From positions 512,001 to 576,000 of the forward strand of contig CBDBOV010000004.1 of assembly GCA_965208575.1 (NCBI GenBank): a DNA stretch of 64,000 nucleotides. The letters are read 5' to 3'. Below, piece after piece: positions 29,471 through 40,809 of the stretch. The DNA is from Spirochaetia bacterium (lineage in GTDB: Bacteria; Spirochaetota; Spirochaetia; SZUA-6; Bin103). Under the pieces are notes generated by a model. That model had not been told where the DNA came from, ran no database searches, and saw only the letters and a list, made by a program, of their open reading frames with translations. The stretch's first letter is position 1. Each line of letters opens with the position of its first letter. The position numbers were made by a program, and so were the translations under genes.

Positions 29471-31261
29471 ATGAACATTGTAAGAATTAGAATGACCTTC
29501 GCGTTTGCGTTGGTCCTGATTCTGAGCGCAACCGGCCTGTGGGCCGCCGGCGCAGAAGAGGCGCCGGCAGCCGCTGCCGACAAGAAGTACGTTACCGACC
29601 CCTCCACCGGCAAGGTGGTGACCGCGCCAGAGTACGGCGGGACAATAACCTACGCCAAAGCAGGAGAGCCGCCGAATCCTGACTACATGGTCTCTGCTCA
29701 CGGTCATGGTGCCTTTACCTCTGGCGTTTTAGGGAGGCTGGTAACCGCGGACTGGGCAACGCCCAGAGACAAACATGACTTCGTGTTTCACAACGTTCCA
29801 ACTAACACGATAGGGGGTCTGGCTGAAAGCTGGTCGCAGCCCGACCCACTGACTTATATCGTCAAAGTCCGCCAGGGCGTTCACTGGCACGACAAGGCAC
29901 CGATGAACGGTCGCGAGCTGACTGCCGATGATATCGAGTTCAACTATCACCGTATCTTGGGCCTTGGCAGCGGTTTCACCGAACGTAGTGAACGTGCTAG
30001 TAGCTGGAAGGGTATGCAATTTGAATCGATAACGGCCACCGACAACTGGACGGTTGTTTTTGAGCTAAAGGAGCTAAACCTCCGTGCGCTGGCTGTTATC
30101 CTCGACGACTGGAGTACTGCGATATATCCCCCCGAGGTAATCAGGGAACACGGCGACGCGACCGACTGGCGCAACCTGGTCGGCACCGGACCCTGGATGC
30201 TGACTGACTACGTCGAGGGCAGCTCTATCACCTGGGAAAAGAATCCTGACTACTGGGGCTTCGACGAAAAATACCCGCAGAACCGGCTGCCCTATATTGA
30301 CCGGTTAAGGGCACTGATTATGCCAGAGGCAGCGACACGCCTAGCGGCACTGCGCACGGGTGGGGTTGATTACATGGGTCTGATCGGGGGAACTCAAATG
30401 ACGAGTCTCGACCAGATAAGGAGCCTCCAGCGGACCAACCCCGAACTCGTGTGGTGGCCAATTTACAATCGGTCGGATAATGCGTTTGGTATGAACGTTC
30501 AGTTGCCTCCCTTCGACGACATCAGGGTGCGCAAAGCTATGCAAATGGCAATAAACCTCGAGGAAATTAACAACGCCTATTATGGAGGTACTGCAGATGT
30601 GATACCTCAGGGGCCTCTTACCGTGATGATGACAGAGATTGTCACCCACTTTGAAGATTGGCCCGAAGATGTCAAGAAGGTCTTTGACTACGACCCGGAA
30701 GGTGCCGAAGCGTTGCTTGATGAGGCCGGATATCCTCGCGGCGCGGACGGCATTAGATTTAAGACCGAGTTGCTGCACAGCGAGGCGTTCGATGTAAACT
30801 ATCTAGAATTAGTCGCTTCATACTGGAATAAGATTGGCGTTGATGTAGAGATTGACCTAGCGCCAAGAGCTGAAATTGTTGCTAGAAGTCGTGAGCGGGA
30901 TTTCGAAATGAAAGGTGCGAACGCGGCCCAGAAGTGGTTCCCAATGGTAATGCTAAATAACCTTACGTCGGGAATGCTATGGAACTCGTCCAATGTCGAC
31001 GACCCAGCTTATGACGCCATGTATGAAGCCGCCGGAGCCGCTACCACCCTCGAGGAGCAGAACAGGATAGCTGGAGAGATGAATCAGTATGCAATAGAGA
31101 AGTTCTGGACGATATGGGGTCCCATGCCCCCAAAGTTTCAGCCGACCCAGCCGTGGGTTAAAGGTTTTAACGGTGAATTCGCAATCGGAACCGGTCAACT
31201 ACACCAAGTCTTCGCCCGACTGTGGATTGATAGTGAGCTGAAGGAAGCAATGGGTCATTAG
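29471..31261 (+). CDS. ABC family-5 SBP, cassette 3
   Basis: Same motifs as SBP1; GGAG RBS before ATG 29471. Confidence 0.93.
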   Translation: MNIVRIRMTFAFALVLILSATGLWAAGAEEAPAAAADKKYVTDPSTGKVVTAPEYGGTITYAKAGEPPNPDYMVSAHGHGAFTSGVLGRLVTADWATPRDKHDFVFHNVPTNTIGGLAESWSQPDPLTYIVKVRQGVHWHDKAPMNGRELTADDIEFNYHRILGLGSGFTERSERASSWKGMQFESITATDNWTVVFELKELNLRALAVILDDWSTAIYPPEVIREHGDATDWRNLVGTGPWMLTDYVEGSSITWEKNPDYWGFDEKYPQNRLPYIDRLRALIMPEAATRLAALRTGGVDYMGLIGGTQMTSLDQIRSLQRTNPELVWWPIYNRSDNAFGMNVQLPPFDDIRVRKAMQMAINLEEINNAYYGGTADVIPQGPLTVMMTEIVTHFEDWPEDVKKVFDYDPEGAEALLDEAGYPRGADGIRFKTELLHSEAFDVNYLELVASYWNKIGVDVEIDLAPRAEIVARSRERDFEMKGANAAQKWFPMVMLNNLTSGMLWNSSNVDDPAYDAMYEAAGAATTLEEQNRIAGEMNQYAIEKFWTIWGPMPPKFQPTQPWVKGFNGEFAIGTGQLHQVFARLWIDSELKEAMGH

Positions 31262-31348
31262 TGGCTGACCTTAGGGAAAAAGGGAGCTGGGAGGCTCAAG
31301 CTTCCCAGCTCCCTAACTCGTTGAATAATGAGAGGGGGCCCTTCTTAC

Positions 31349-31505
31349 TGTCATCCCGGACTTGATCCGGGATCCAGGAGTGATTGGCCTAGATTCCGGG
31401 TCAAGCCCGGAATGACAAATCAAACCAATCACCACTCTTCGCAAGCGTCACCGTCATTCCGGCCCCGATTCCAATGCGGGGCAGGCTTTTCGCCGGAATG
31501 ACGAG
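31349..31505. repeat. REP-like palindrome cluster between SBP and permease B
   Basis: gtcatcccggacttgatccgggatcc / attccgggtcaagcccggaatgac; related clusters at 42806-43041, 49550-49666 and 9850-9960. Confidence 0.65.
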
Positions 31506-31598
31506 AGCCTGCCCCGTACCTGATACCGGGGTTGGGATATACCGCAATGACAAAAGAGGGCTTGCAATGACGGGGGGAATCGCAATGAGGTGTAGCAC

Positions 31599-32606
31599 AT
31601 GAGAGCCTATATCATCAGGCGGCTATTGCTCATAATCCCCACCCTTTGGATATTGACCATCCTGGTCTTTCTCTCGGTCCGCTTCATCCCCGGCGATGTA
31701 ATAGACGCAATGGTGGCTAGGTTAGAATCGGAGAATTTCGGGCTGGTCGAGATTGACCGTGAAGCTCTTGAGCGTATGCTGGGATTAGACGTGCCGGTTC
31801 ACGTACAGTACGGACGCTGGATAGGAGTGTTGCCGACCCCTGACTGGTTTACCGGTGAGTATTACTACAACGGTCTCCTCCAGGGCACCTTTGGCGAATC
31901 ACTGATGGGCGTTTTTTCGGTAGAGGAGAAGATAATAGGTAGACTGCCAGTAACCATTGAGCTTGGTGTCCTGGCAATCGTAATCGGGCTCCTGATAGCG
32001 CTGCCCGTTGGCATCTACTCGGCGATTCGCCAGGATACTGCCGCCGACTACCTGGGGCGCTCCATCGCCATCCTCGGCCTGGCAACACCTAACTTCTGGC
32101 TGGGAATTATGGTCATGATCTTCCCGGCAATCTGGTGGGGCTGGGCGCCACCGCTGGAGCTGGTTGCATTCACCGAAGACCCGCTGGGGAATCTGGCGGT
32201 GTTCCTCATTCCCAGCCTGATTCTGGGTACGGCCGGTGCTGCCGCCACCATGCGGATGACGCGCACCATGATGCTGGAGGTGCTCAGGCAGGACTATATC
32301 AGGACGGCCTGGGCCAAGGGTCTCAAGGAGAGGGTCGTCGTTCTGAGACACGCCGTCAAGAACGCCCTCATCCCGGTAATCACCCTGATAGGCCTGCAGT
32401 TGCCCCTGCTGGTAGGTGGCTCCGTTATCATGGAGAACATATTCAACCTGCCGGGGCTAGGTCGTCTTTTGCTTAAGGCACTCGATGAGAGAGACTACCC
32501 GGTGGTCTCCGGAATAAACCTGTTTTTCGCCACGGCGGTTGTGGGGATCAATCTGCTCATCGACCTGATCTACGCGGTCTTGGACCCGAGGGTCCGCTAT
32601 GACTGA
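31599..32606 (+). CDS. ABC permease (OppB/DppB-like), cassette 3
   Basis: Close paralog of 8826..9824. Confidence 0.93.
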   Translation: MRAYIIRRLLLIIPTLWILTILVFLSVRFIPGDVIDAMVARLESENFGLVEIDREALERMLGLDVPVHVQYGRWIGVLPTPDWFTGEYYYNGLLQGTFGESLMGVFSVEEKIIGRLPVTIELGVLAIVIGLLIALPVGIYSAIRQDTAADYLGRSIAILGLATPNFWLGIMVMIFPAIWWGWAPPLELVAFTEDPLGNLAVFLIPSLILGTAGAAATMRMTRTMMLEVLRQDYIRTAWAKGLKERVVVLRHAVKNALIPVITLIGLQLPLLVGGSVIMENIFNLPGLGRLLLKALDERDYPVVSGINLFFATAVVGINLLIDLIYAVLDPRVRYD

Positions 32607-32681
32607 GTTTGTTTCGCAGACTGGTCAGGGACAAGCCGTTGAGCATCATCGTTGGGGTCGTCATCGATGCCAGGGAGCGCT

Positions 32682-33689
32682 ATGACTGATTTCTTGCGCA
32701 GGCTGGTCAAGGAGAAGCCACTGAGCATCATCGCCGGGGTCGTCATCCTGCTGTTGATTCTTGTGGCGATCTTTGCCGATATTCTGGCGCCCTTTCCGCA
32801 TGATGAAGTCAACATCGTACACCGGATGCAGGCCCCTTCCGACCGGTATCTGTTGGGGACCGATCAGTTGGGGCGAGACCTGCTGAGCCGCCTTCTCTTC
32901 GGGGCTCAGATTTCGCTGACCGTCGGTCTGGCGGCGACCGCTATCAACGTCGTGGTGGCGGTGCTGATCGGCGGACCTTCAGGATTCTTCGGCGGTAGAT
33001 TCGACCTGGCGGCGCAGAGATTCGTTGACGCCTGGATGGCGTTCCCGGGGCTGCTGCTGTTGCTCACCATCATGTCGCTGGTGGGGCGGGGTTTGCCGCA
33101 GATCATCGTGGTGCTGAGGGTAACCGGTGGCATCGGCGGCTCGCGCGTAATCCGCGGCGCGGTAATTGGGGTAAAGGAGAACGTCTACTTTCAGGCGGCA
33201 GAGGCGATCGGCAGCACAAGGTGGCGCACGCTCGTCCGCCACGTTCTGCCCAATATCGGCGCTCCGATCATCATCGTGTTCACCATCAACGTCGGGGCGG
33301 TGATCATCAGCGAGGCAGCGCTGAGCTTCCTGGGGTTCGGTCTGCCGATTTCGGTGCCCAGCTGGGGCGGGATGCTGAGCCGGGAGGGGCGTGAGTTCAT
33401 GGACGTGGCGCCGCGGCTGGCGCTGTGGCCAGGGCTGTGCCTGACGATTGTCGTCTACTGCCTGAACATGTTCGGCGACGCTGTGCGGGATCTGCTCGAC
33501 CCGCGGTTGCGGGGCGGTGGCGGGCGCCTGGGTGCCGCTGCCGCCAGGGCCGTCTGGTGTCACGCCGGATGCGCCCACCCGTGGCTCCGTCCTGGCCCCA
33601 TGGGTGTGCATGCGCCGTCGGCTACTCCGGAGTCGCGCCCGCAACGCGCCCGACCAGGTCCACGAGCGTCGGGCTGGGTATGGGCGTGA
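32682..33689 (+). CDS. ABC permease (OppC/DppC-like), cassette 3; C-terminus read through into repeat
   Basis: OppC motifs up to LDPRLRGG (~33520), then repeat-derived tail. Degenerate duplicate of its first ~66 nt at 32599-32665. Confidence 0.85.
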   Translation: MTDFLRRLVKEKPLSIIAGVVILLLILVAIFADILAPFPHDEVNIVHRMQAPSDRYLLGTDQLGRDLLSRLLFGAQISLTVGLAATAINVVVAVLIGGPSGFFGGRFDLAAQRFVDAWMAFPGLLLLLTIMSLVGRGLPQIIVVLRVTGGIGGSRVIRGAVIGVKENVYFQAAEAIGSTRWRTLVRHVLPNIGAPIIIVFTINVGAVIISEAALSFLGFGLPISVPSWGGMLSREGREFMDVAPRLALWPGLCLTIVVYCLNMFGDAVRDLLDPRLRGGGGRLGAAAARAVWCHAGCAHPWLRPGPMGVHAPSATPESRPQRARPGPRASGWVWA

Positions 33690-34375
33690 GCTCACCCGTC
33701 AGCCCGAAGCAGCGCCTGGGCACCCGCGTCGCGGGGGTGGCGCGCTTCGACTACGCCTAGGCGGTCCGCAACTCCTGCTGCAGTCGTTCCTGCAACGGAT
33801 CGTGAACAGCGGCGGGCGCATCGAGCGCGAGTACGGCCTGGGGCGGGGGCGCACCGATCTGCTGATTATCTGGCCGCACCCAGGTGGCGCGGGGACCGCA
33901 CGCGGCGGGCAGATTCGTGATCGAGCGCAAGGTGCTGCACGGGAGCCTGGAGCGCACGATACGCGAGGGGCTGCTGCAGACCGCCGAATACAGGGACCGG
34001 TGCGCGGCGCAGGCGGGCCACCTGGTCAATCTGCGACCGCGGCGCAGGCAAGCGGTGGGAGGACAAGATCTTCCGCCGCGACGAACGCACCGATGACCGG
34101 CACCGGATCACGGTGTGGGGGATGTGAGCAGTATTCGACCGGCAGCCGCCGACGTTCGTCTGACAGTCTCACCCGGCAATATGGGCATTGCTGAGAGTAC
34201 GAGCCTCCTCCCTCGTTCCCGGTGACCCACGCATGTGTTGGAGGTCCATGCCGGTGCGACGATTATACTTGAAATGCAACACGTGCCTTCAAGGGGCACG
34301 AACGAACGTCAGAAGATAGTTTCCACTTGACGGAGTTCTATCCTCGACTGAGAACGTGTCCCTGAAGGGCACGAA

Positions 34376-35209
34376 ATGCTCATGAACAGTACACCGCTCA
34401 AGACCCTGGGGCCCCAGGCGGCGAAGTTGTTGACGGCGCTCCACGAACGGAGCCGTGCTGTTTTCCGCCTCGAGGATGTCCGGGACATCACGGGTCTCTC
34501 CGAAACCTCCGCGAGGAGCTTCGCCCGCAAGCTCGTGGACCGGGGTGTGGCGGCCCGGCTCAAGTCCGGTCTCTACGTACTGGTCCCCTTCGAGCTGGGA
34601 AGGGAGCGGCACTACCTGGGAAACCCTCTCGTCGTCGCCCGGGAGATCATGCACGGGGAGGACTACTACCTCTCGCACGCCACCGCCATGGAGATCCACG
34701 GCATGACGACCCAGCCCCAACTGGTAGTCAAGGTCAGCACCCTGAAGCCCCGGCGATCCCTGACCGCGCTGGGCGTGGAATTCCGGTTCGTTTGCTGCCG
34801 GCACAAGCACCTCTTCGGGCTCACTGACCACTGGGCGACCAAGCAGGAGAAAGTGCGCGTGAGCGACCTGGAGAGGACGATTATCGACGGACTCAAGCAG
34901 CCCGAGCATTGCGGCGGGCTGACCGAGGTCGCCAAGGGCCTTTGGATGCGGCGCGAGGACGTGAAGGTCGACCGGCTTATCCAGTACGCCAAGCGGATCG
35001 GTGTCGGCGCCGTCGTGCGCCGGCTGGGGTTCCTGCTGGAGACCTACGAGATAGCGGCGCCGCCGGATCTGGACGGTGTTCGCGCCGGCTTGACGGCGAC
35101 CTACGTCCGCCTCGACCCGGTCCTTCCGGCCGAGGGGAAACACCTGCGCCGCTGGCGCCTTCAACTCAACGTCGACCCCCAAGAGCTCCGCGCCGTCGTG
35201 AGGACCTTA
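34376..35209 (+). CDS. AbiEi antitoxin, copy 2 (stop TGA->TTA, reads into truncated toxin to 35395)
   Basis: Near-identical to 3149..3982. Confidence 0.78.
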
Positions 35210-35212
35210 TCC

Positions 35213-35607
35213 ATGATCGCGCAGCGCGATCTCTCGCTTCTTTCCAACCGACTCGCCCAGCGGGGAGGCCGGCGTATCCCGGAGACCGTCCTGGAGCGCG
35301 ACTACTGCCTCTCGTGGCTTCTGGTCGGGCTGTCCCGCAACCCGCTGCGGGAGCGCCTGGCGTTCAAGGGCGGGACCGCGCTCAAGGCCACGTGAATCTG
35401 TCCGACTTGGTCAATCCCGTGGCGCGGAAGCTGGAGTTCCGGGGGTTGACACTGGCGCAGGTGGGCAAAGAGTTCACCGCCAAGGAGGAAAGCTACAAGA
35501 AGCTGTGGCAGGTCCGCCTCGCGGCGCAGATGGCCGAGCTCCCCGAGTTCAACGCGGTCTACCGCGAGGTCCGGCGCGCCCTCCGGCAGGGAGGCCTCAG
35601 CGGATAA
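35213..35607 (+). pseudogene. AbiEii toxin, copy 2, with ~445-bp internal deletion
   Basis: Junction ctcaag|gccacgtg at 35386 removes the equivalent of 4160-4604, including RFSEDLDF. Confidence 0.85.
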
Positions 35608-35854
35608 CCGAGTCGGCCCACCGTCGGGGTGGCTGTCTCCGGGGCTGTGACGGCGTCGATTCAGCCGATGCCCGGCGGGGATCGCGTCAGCTCGTCCCCC
35701 ACTCCGCCCACTTGTCCGGGTCCGCCCACTGCTGACCCACCTCGACGAAGCCGCGCGGACCGCGGACGCCGTGCTCGAGCGGATCGCCGGTGGCCTCCAT
35801 CCAGCGGTGCAGGCGCTGCTCCATCTCCTGCACCACCGGGCGCGCGGCCGGCGA

Positions 35855-36590
35855 GGGGTTCGGCCCCCACGTTTACGGGCTGGTGCGCGGCCGCGACCCG
35901 GAGACGTTCCGGCGCACGTTCACTCCCGACCCGGAACAGCGCTTCGAGGTGCGCTTTTTCGTGCGCGCCGAGGAGTATCGGCTGTGGGGGCTGTTCAAGA
36001 GCGACCTCCACCTGTTCGGGTCGGACGACGGCCCGGTGCTGCTGTTCGGCGCCGACCGCCTCGGCCGCGACGTGTTCAGCCGCGTCCTGTACGGGGCGCG
36101 CATCTCGCTGTCGGTGGGCTGGTGGGGATCTTCTTCACCTTCGTGTTCGGCATGATCCTGGGCGGGCTGTCAGGCTACCTGGGCGGCATCGTGGACGCGA
36201 TCATCCAGCGGCTGGTGGACCTGCTGATCTCCATTCCCACCATTCCGCTGTGGATGGCGCTGGCGGCGGCGCTGCCGCGCGACTGGCCGCCGGTGAGGAT
36301 CTACTTCGCCATCGTGATCATCTTCTCGATGATCGGCTGGACCGGGCTGGCGCGGGTAATCCGTGGCAAGCTGCTGGCCCTGCGCGAGGAGGACTTCGTG
36401 ATGGCGGGGCGCATCGCCGGCGCCACGCAGGGCGCCATCATCGCAAAGCACCTGCTGCCCTCGTTCGCCAGCTACATCATCGTGTCGCTGACGCTGGCCA
36501 TCCCGCAGACGATCCTGGGCAAGACGGCGCTGAGCTTCCTCGGCCTCGGGCAGCCGCCGGTGGTGAGCTGGGGCGTGCTGCTGCAAGACG
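35855..36590 (+). pseudogene. High-GC OppC-type permease fragment
   Basis: FGADRLGRDVFSRVLYGARISL (frameshift) ..LREEDFV..KHLLP..ALSFLGLG..SWG. Confidence 0.75.
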
Positions 36591-36609
36591 CCGGCGGCGG
36601 TACCGCCGG

Positions 36610-37405
36610 TGCGCGCCGTCCAGGAGGTGGCTCCCGTGTCGATCTGGCGCGCGCCCTCCGGCGAGACCCTCGTCGACTTCGGCCAGAACCTGGTGGGCCG
36701 CGTGCGCATTCGCCTGGCGGCAGAGCCGGGCACCGAGGTGCCGGCGGGCACTGAAGTGACCGTGCGCCACGCCGAGGTGCTGGAGAACGGCGAGCTGGGG
36801 GTGCGCCCGCTGCGCTCCGCCCAGGCCACCGACCGCTACCTTGCCCATGGTGGCGGCCCCGAGGAGTGGGAGCCGCGCTTCACGTTCCACGGCTTCCGCT
36901 ACGCCGGCGTGCGCGGCTGGCCGGGCGAGTTGCGGCCCGACGACATCACCGCCGTGGTGCTGCACTCCGACATGGTGCGCACCGGCTGGTTCGAGTGCTC
37001 CGAGCCGCAAGTCAACCAATCCACGAGAACATCGTGTGGGCATGCGCGGCAACTTCCTGGACGTGCCGACCGACTGCCCGCAGCGCGACGAGCGGCTCGG
37101 CTGGACCGGCGACATCCGGGTGTTCGCCGCCACCGCCACCCTGCTCTACGACAACGCCGCGCTGCTGAACTCGTGGCTGATCGACCTGGCTGCCGAGCAG
37201 GAACCGAACGGCAACGTACCGTTCGTCATCCCCTCCAATCTGCCGTCGTCGTTCACCGCGGCCGGCTGGGGCGCCGCCGCCACAGTGGTGCCGATGACGC
37301 TCGGCGAGCGCTATGGCGACCTGGAGCTGCTGCGCCGCCAGTACCCCTCCATGAAGGCGTGGGTCGAGCACGTGAAGGGCATCTGCGACGAGCGCCGCGT
37401 GTGGG
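36610..37405 (+). pseudogene. GH78 alpha-L-rhamnosidase fragment
   Basis: DFGQNLVG, FTFHGFRY, PTDCPQRDERLGWTGD; frameshifted and fused to the PIN C-terminus. Confidence 0.8.
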
Positions 37406-37531
37406 AGTTGCAATCCGCTTACGGTCTGCTCACCATCGACTCCGTGATACTCGCCACGGCCCTGCGTGTCCGCGCCGATCACCTGGTGACCACCGATTCT
37501 GGCTTCGAAGGAATCGACGAATTGAGTGTAG

Positions 37532-37987
37532 TCATGGTCGACGACGTAGACGTCCCGGCCACGGTTCAACACCGGTCCCCGTGACGGTAGCAGGCGTGGT
37601 GGCGTGGCGCTTCACGCGGGCGTGAGGCACGTTGGGACTGGCGGGATCGACCGTGAGCTGCCGGCGGCCGGGGTTCACGACCAGGTCCATGTCTTCCATG
37701 GGAACGGACCCCAACAACACTTCGTCGCCGATCACCAGCGCGCCGACGTAGCAGAACCGCTTTCCGAAGGCGACCTTCAGCGGCCCGACGTAGGGCACGG
37801 TCGCCGTCCTGCCGTCCGCGACCGATACCTCCCGCACCGACTCCGTTTCCAGGTCGAGCTGCCGTGCCACGTGCTCCGGAATGCACAGCATCAGGGCCCC
37901 CGTATCAACCAGCGCGTCCACCTGCACCGGTACGAAGTCGGGGCGCCGGGGATTGCTCAATTCCAGTTCCGCAAATACGTGGCCCAC
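37532..37987 (-). CDS. Clan AA aspartic protease, copy 2
   Basis: Protein identical to 6067..6522. Confidence 0.8.
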   Translation of the reverse strand: MGHVFAELELSNPRRPDFVPVQVDALVDTGALMLCIPEHVARQLDLETESVREVSVADGRTATVPYVGPLKVAFGKRFCYVGALVIGDEVLLGSVPMEDMDLVVNPGRRQLTVDPASPNVPHARVKRHATTPATVTGTGVEPWPGRLRRRP

Positions 37988-39029
37988 GCGTCCTTCCCCA
38001 CTCCCGCAATCATATCATCTCGTTCCCGTGGTTACCTGACTCCCCTGTCGAACGGCCGCGCCGTCATGCGCAACGCTCCCGGTACGCCGCGCAACGACTG
38101 GGCGCGGCCTGGCATCGTAGTGTCGGCGCATCATCGGGCGCCGCAGACCGAGTCGGCGGAGTGCACAGGTAACTCATCACACGACTGACGTGTCGTCCGT
38201 TCGTGGGCCCCGTCCATGGGGCCCAACACAGGCGTTCCCGCGCCATGGAGGGCGCGGGCGATTGGGCGCGTCCGGAGTCACGTGCACCATCACGCTCACC
38301 AGCGACGGCCATGGAACCCGCTGACCGAACCGGTCAGTCTGAAAGCAGCGACTGGCATCGCAGGGTCTGTGCATCATCGTGGCGAAGGTCGGAGGCCACC
38401 ACCCGGCAGTAGCCGGCGGCTGGGAGGCCACGACGAAGATTGGCTGATGTCGCGGGCGCACCGCTAGTGACAGTTGGGCGGTGGTGCGTGCGCGGATCAC
38501 GGTGGCGTCGCCGCATCATCGGCCGCGACATAGTCCGTAACCGGTGACCTCCACCCGTGGCGCCCTCCCTGGCGCGACGGGTGGCATACGGCCCACAGAC
38601 CACGACACGAGGTCGGGGGCGGTGGGCTGCTTCTTGGTCCGGAGGGGGGCCCGGAAGGCGACCGAGCAGGTCGGCGAGCGCCGGGCTGTGCATGGGCGTG
38701 GCCTTGCCGGTCAGCGGGAAGCCGATGCTCCGATCTGGACCCTCAGTACTCGTCGTCGCAGAGGCCGTCGCGGAAGGTGTGCGGCACCACCCAGTAGCCG
38801 TCGACCGTGGCGAAGAGGTCGGCGGCCGCCACCCGACAGAACGCCGGAGCGACAGGCGGCCGTGAGGCCACCACGAAGGTCGGCCTGAGGTGGTAGAGCG
38901 CCGAGCGATAGGCAAGCCGCGAGCCCGGACCCCACTGCCGGTCGGCAGGCCGCTCGGGGAACAGCACCACCAGCGAGCTGCGCTTGGCCAGCCACAGGGT
39001 GCGCCGCGCCAGCGCCGCCCGGGGCGGCG

Positions 39030-39610
39030 CCTGCCTTTCTGACTCCGACGCCGGAGCGCGCGCAGCCATGCGCACGCTACCAGCTGACGAAACCGGGACA
39101 GCGCTCGAAAGTTGCCTGGCACTGCGTGGTAGTTGAAGTACCCACGCACGACACTTCGGATCCACCTGCCCTGCTGGGGCACGGGGGCATGCAGTCTCCG
39201 CTTCAGCTCCCTGGTGACTGCAAGGACTTTCGTCCTGAGCCGCTTGGCGAGGGTTTTCCTCAGAACGGTATAGCGCCCGTCCGTGCGACGGCGCGCGCAG
39301 ATGTGGGTGAAACCCAAGAAGGCGAACTTCTCCGGCTTCCCCTCGCCCCGCTTCGCCCGGTTTTCCATGGCAAAGCGGCCGAACTCTATCAGGCGGGTCT
39401 TCTCGGTGTTCAGCTCCAGCGCGAACTTCCGCATACGTTGCGCCAGCGCGTGGCGAAACGCCTTGGCGTCGCTCAGGTACTGAAACGCCGTTATGTATAT
39501 CGTCGGCGTAGCGCACGATATAGACCTCGCCGCGGGCATGGCGCTTGCGCCACGCTTCCACCCATAGATCCAGCACATAGTGCAGGTAGACGTTCGCCAG
39601 CAGCGGCGAA
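39030..39610 (-). pseudogene. Fragment of a second, different group II intron RT
   Basis: LANVYLHYVLDLW..IVRYADD (frameshift) ..KTRLIEFGRFA..FLGFTH..RRRSQK; clearly divergent from the four-copy intron. Confidence 0.85.
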
Positions 39611-39614
39611 AGCT

Positions 39615-40150
39615 ATGCTACATCACGTCACTCGATACCAAAGAGGACGCCCTCGAGGTCGTCGGCGGCAAGGGCCGCTCGTTGGCCAAGTTGGCGAACG
39701 CCGGCTTCCCGGTGCCTGGCGAGTTTCAGGTAACCACCGCGGCGTATCGCAGCTTTGTCGCTGACAACGAGCTGCAGGCACGCATCGTCGCGTTGGCCAG
39801 GCCGGCGGTCGTCGCTGGAAGAGCCTCGTTTGAGCAGTCGTCGGCCGCCATCGGGCAGTTGTTTGCCGACACCGAGATCTCGGCCGAGATGAGCGCTGCG
39901 ATTCGCGAGGCCTATGGCGCCCTGGAGGGCGGCGCCGTGGCGGGCACGCCGGCACTGGCGGTGCGCTCGTCGGCGAACGCCGAAGACCTGCCGGGTCTTT
40001 CCTTCGCTGGCCAGCAGGAGACGTTTCTCAACGTCACCGGCGCCGAGGCCGTGGTGGCTGCCGTCAAGAACTGCTGGGCCTCGCTGTGGACCGCGCAGGC
40101 CATCAGCTACCGGCATCAGAACGGGATCGGCCAGGAGTCCGTGGCTATGG
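39615..40150 (+). pseudogene. PEP/pyruvate-binding (PPDK_N) domain fragment
   Basis: VGGKGRSL, AVRSSANAEDL..SFAGQQETFLNV, CWASLW; truncated by a repeat unit. Confidence 0.8.
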
Positions 40151-40235
40151 CCTGGGGTTCGACGGATCGATGATGACGCGCCATGACGACAGTCAGCGCA
40201 GTGGTGGCCGGTGATGTTCGGTGACGTCCGAGTCG

Positions 40236-40386
40236 TTGACAGGCTGGTCGCGCCCACGCTAGCATGCCTCGCCTGGGGCGACGGATGCCGATGAAGCGCC
40301 ATGATGACAGTCAGCGCAGTGGCCGGTTGGCGGTGACGCAACGCGGTGGGTCGCGCTTGACACGGATTTGGGCCGGCCTCTACACT
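40236..40386 (+). promoter_or_regulatory. Tandem sigma70 promoters upstream of cassette 4
   Basis: TTGACA-18-TAGCAT (40236-40265, in repeat unit) and TTGACA-18-TACACT (40357-40386). Confidence 0.6.
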
Positions 40387-40630
40387 CGTCCGCAAATGGG
40401 CACCGACAGTATCCAGCCCGCTACCGACTACCGACTACCGACTACCTAACCGCGCGGAAGCCAGCCGCTCGGCACCGGTGCTGACCGCGGCACCATTGAT
40501 CCGCGCGGCACACAGCCGTGCGTGTGGCGGCGGACCGCGTCGGCCGCAACCTCCACCGGTCTACATCAACCGGCGTTGCCGGGACTTCAGAAGAGAGGGG
40601 CACATCTGCGCCCGACCGAGGGGGTGCAAA

Positions 40631-40666
40631 ATGATACTCAAAGAGCCGCACGCGCGCGCGGCGTGA
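40631..40666 (+). CDS. Putative leader peptide MILKEPHARAA, copy 4 (no intron)
   Basis: GAGGGGGTGCAAA-ATG ATA CTC AAA GAG CCG CAC GCG CGC GCG GCG TGA. Confidence 0.65.
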   Translation: MILKEPHARAA

Positions 40667-40809
40667 GCCCGGGTGAACCCGGATGAGTCACACGCCCCGC
40701 GCTTTCAGTATTCGACTCAGGCTGGCCGTCCGCGTTGCGGGCGCGATTGTAGCCAGGGAGCGGCAAGTCGCTCCGCAATACTCTCAAAAAAACGTTCAAG
40801 GAAGAAACG

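Larger units (their letters stand above)
33556..38106 (+). repeat. Segmental duplicate of 2331..6640
   Basis: Same order of repeat, AAA fragment, abiEi/abiEii, sulfatase and GH78 debris, PIN and aspartic protease, with different deletions. Confidence 0.9.

Noticed and set aside
39030-39610. YADD fragment as the complementing half of the deleted RT
   Set aside because: It is a different, divergent intron that is frameshifted and lacks a start, so complementation is unsupported.
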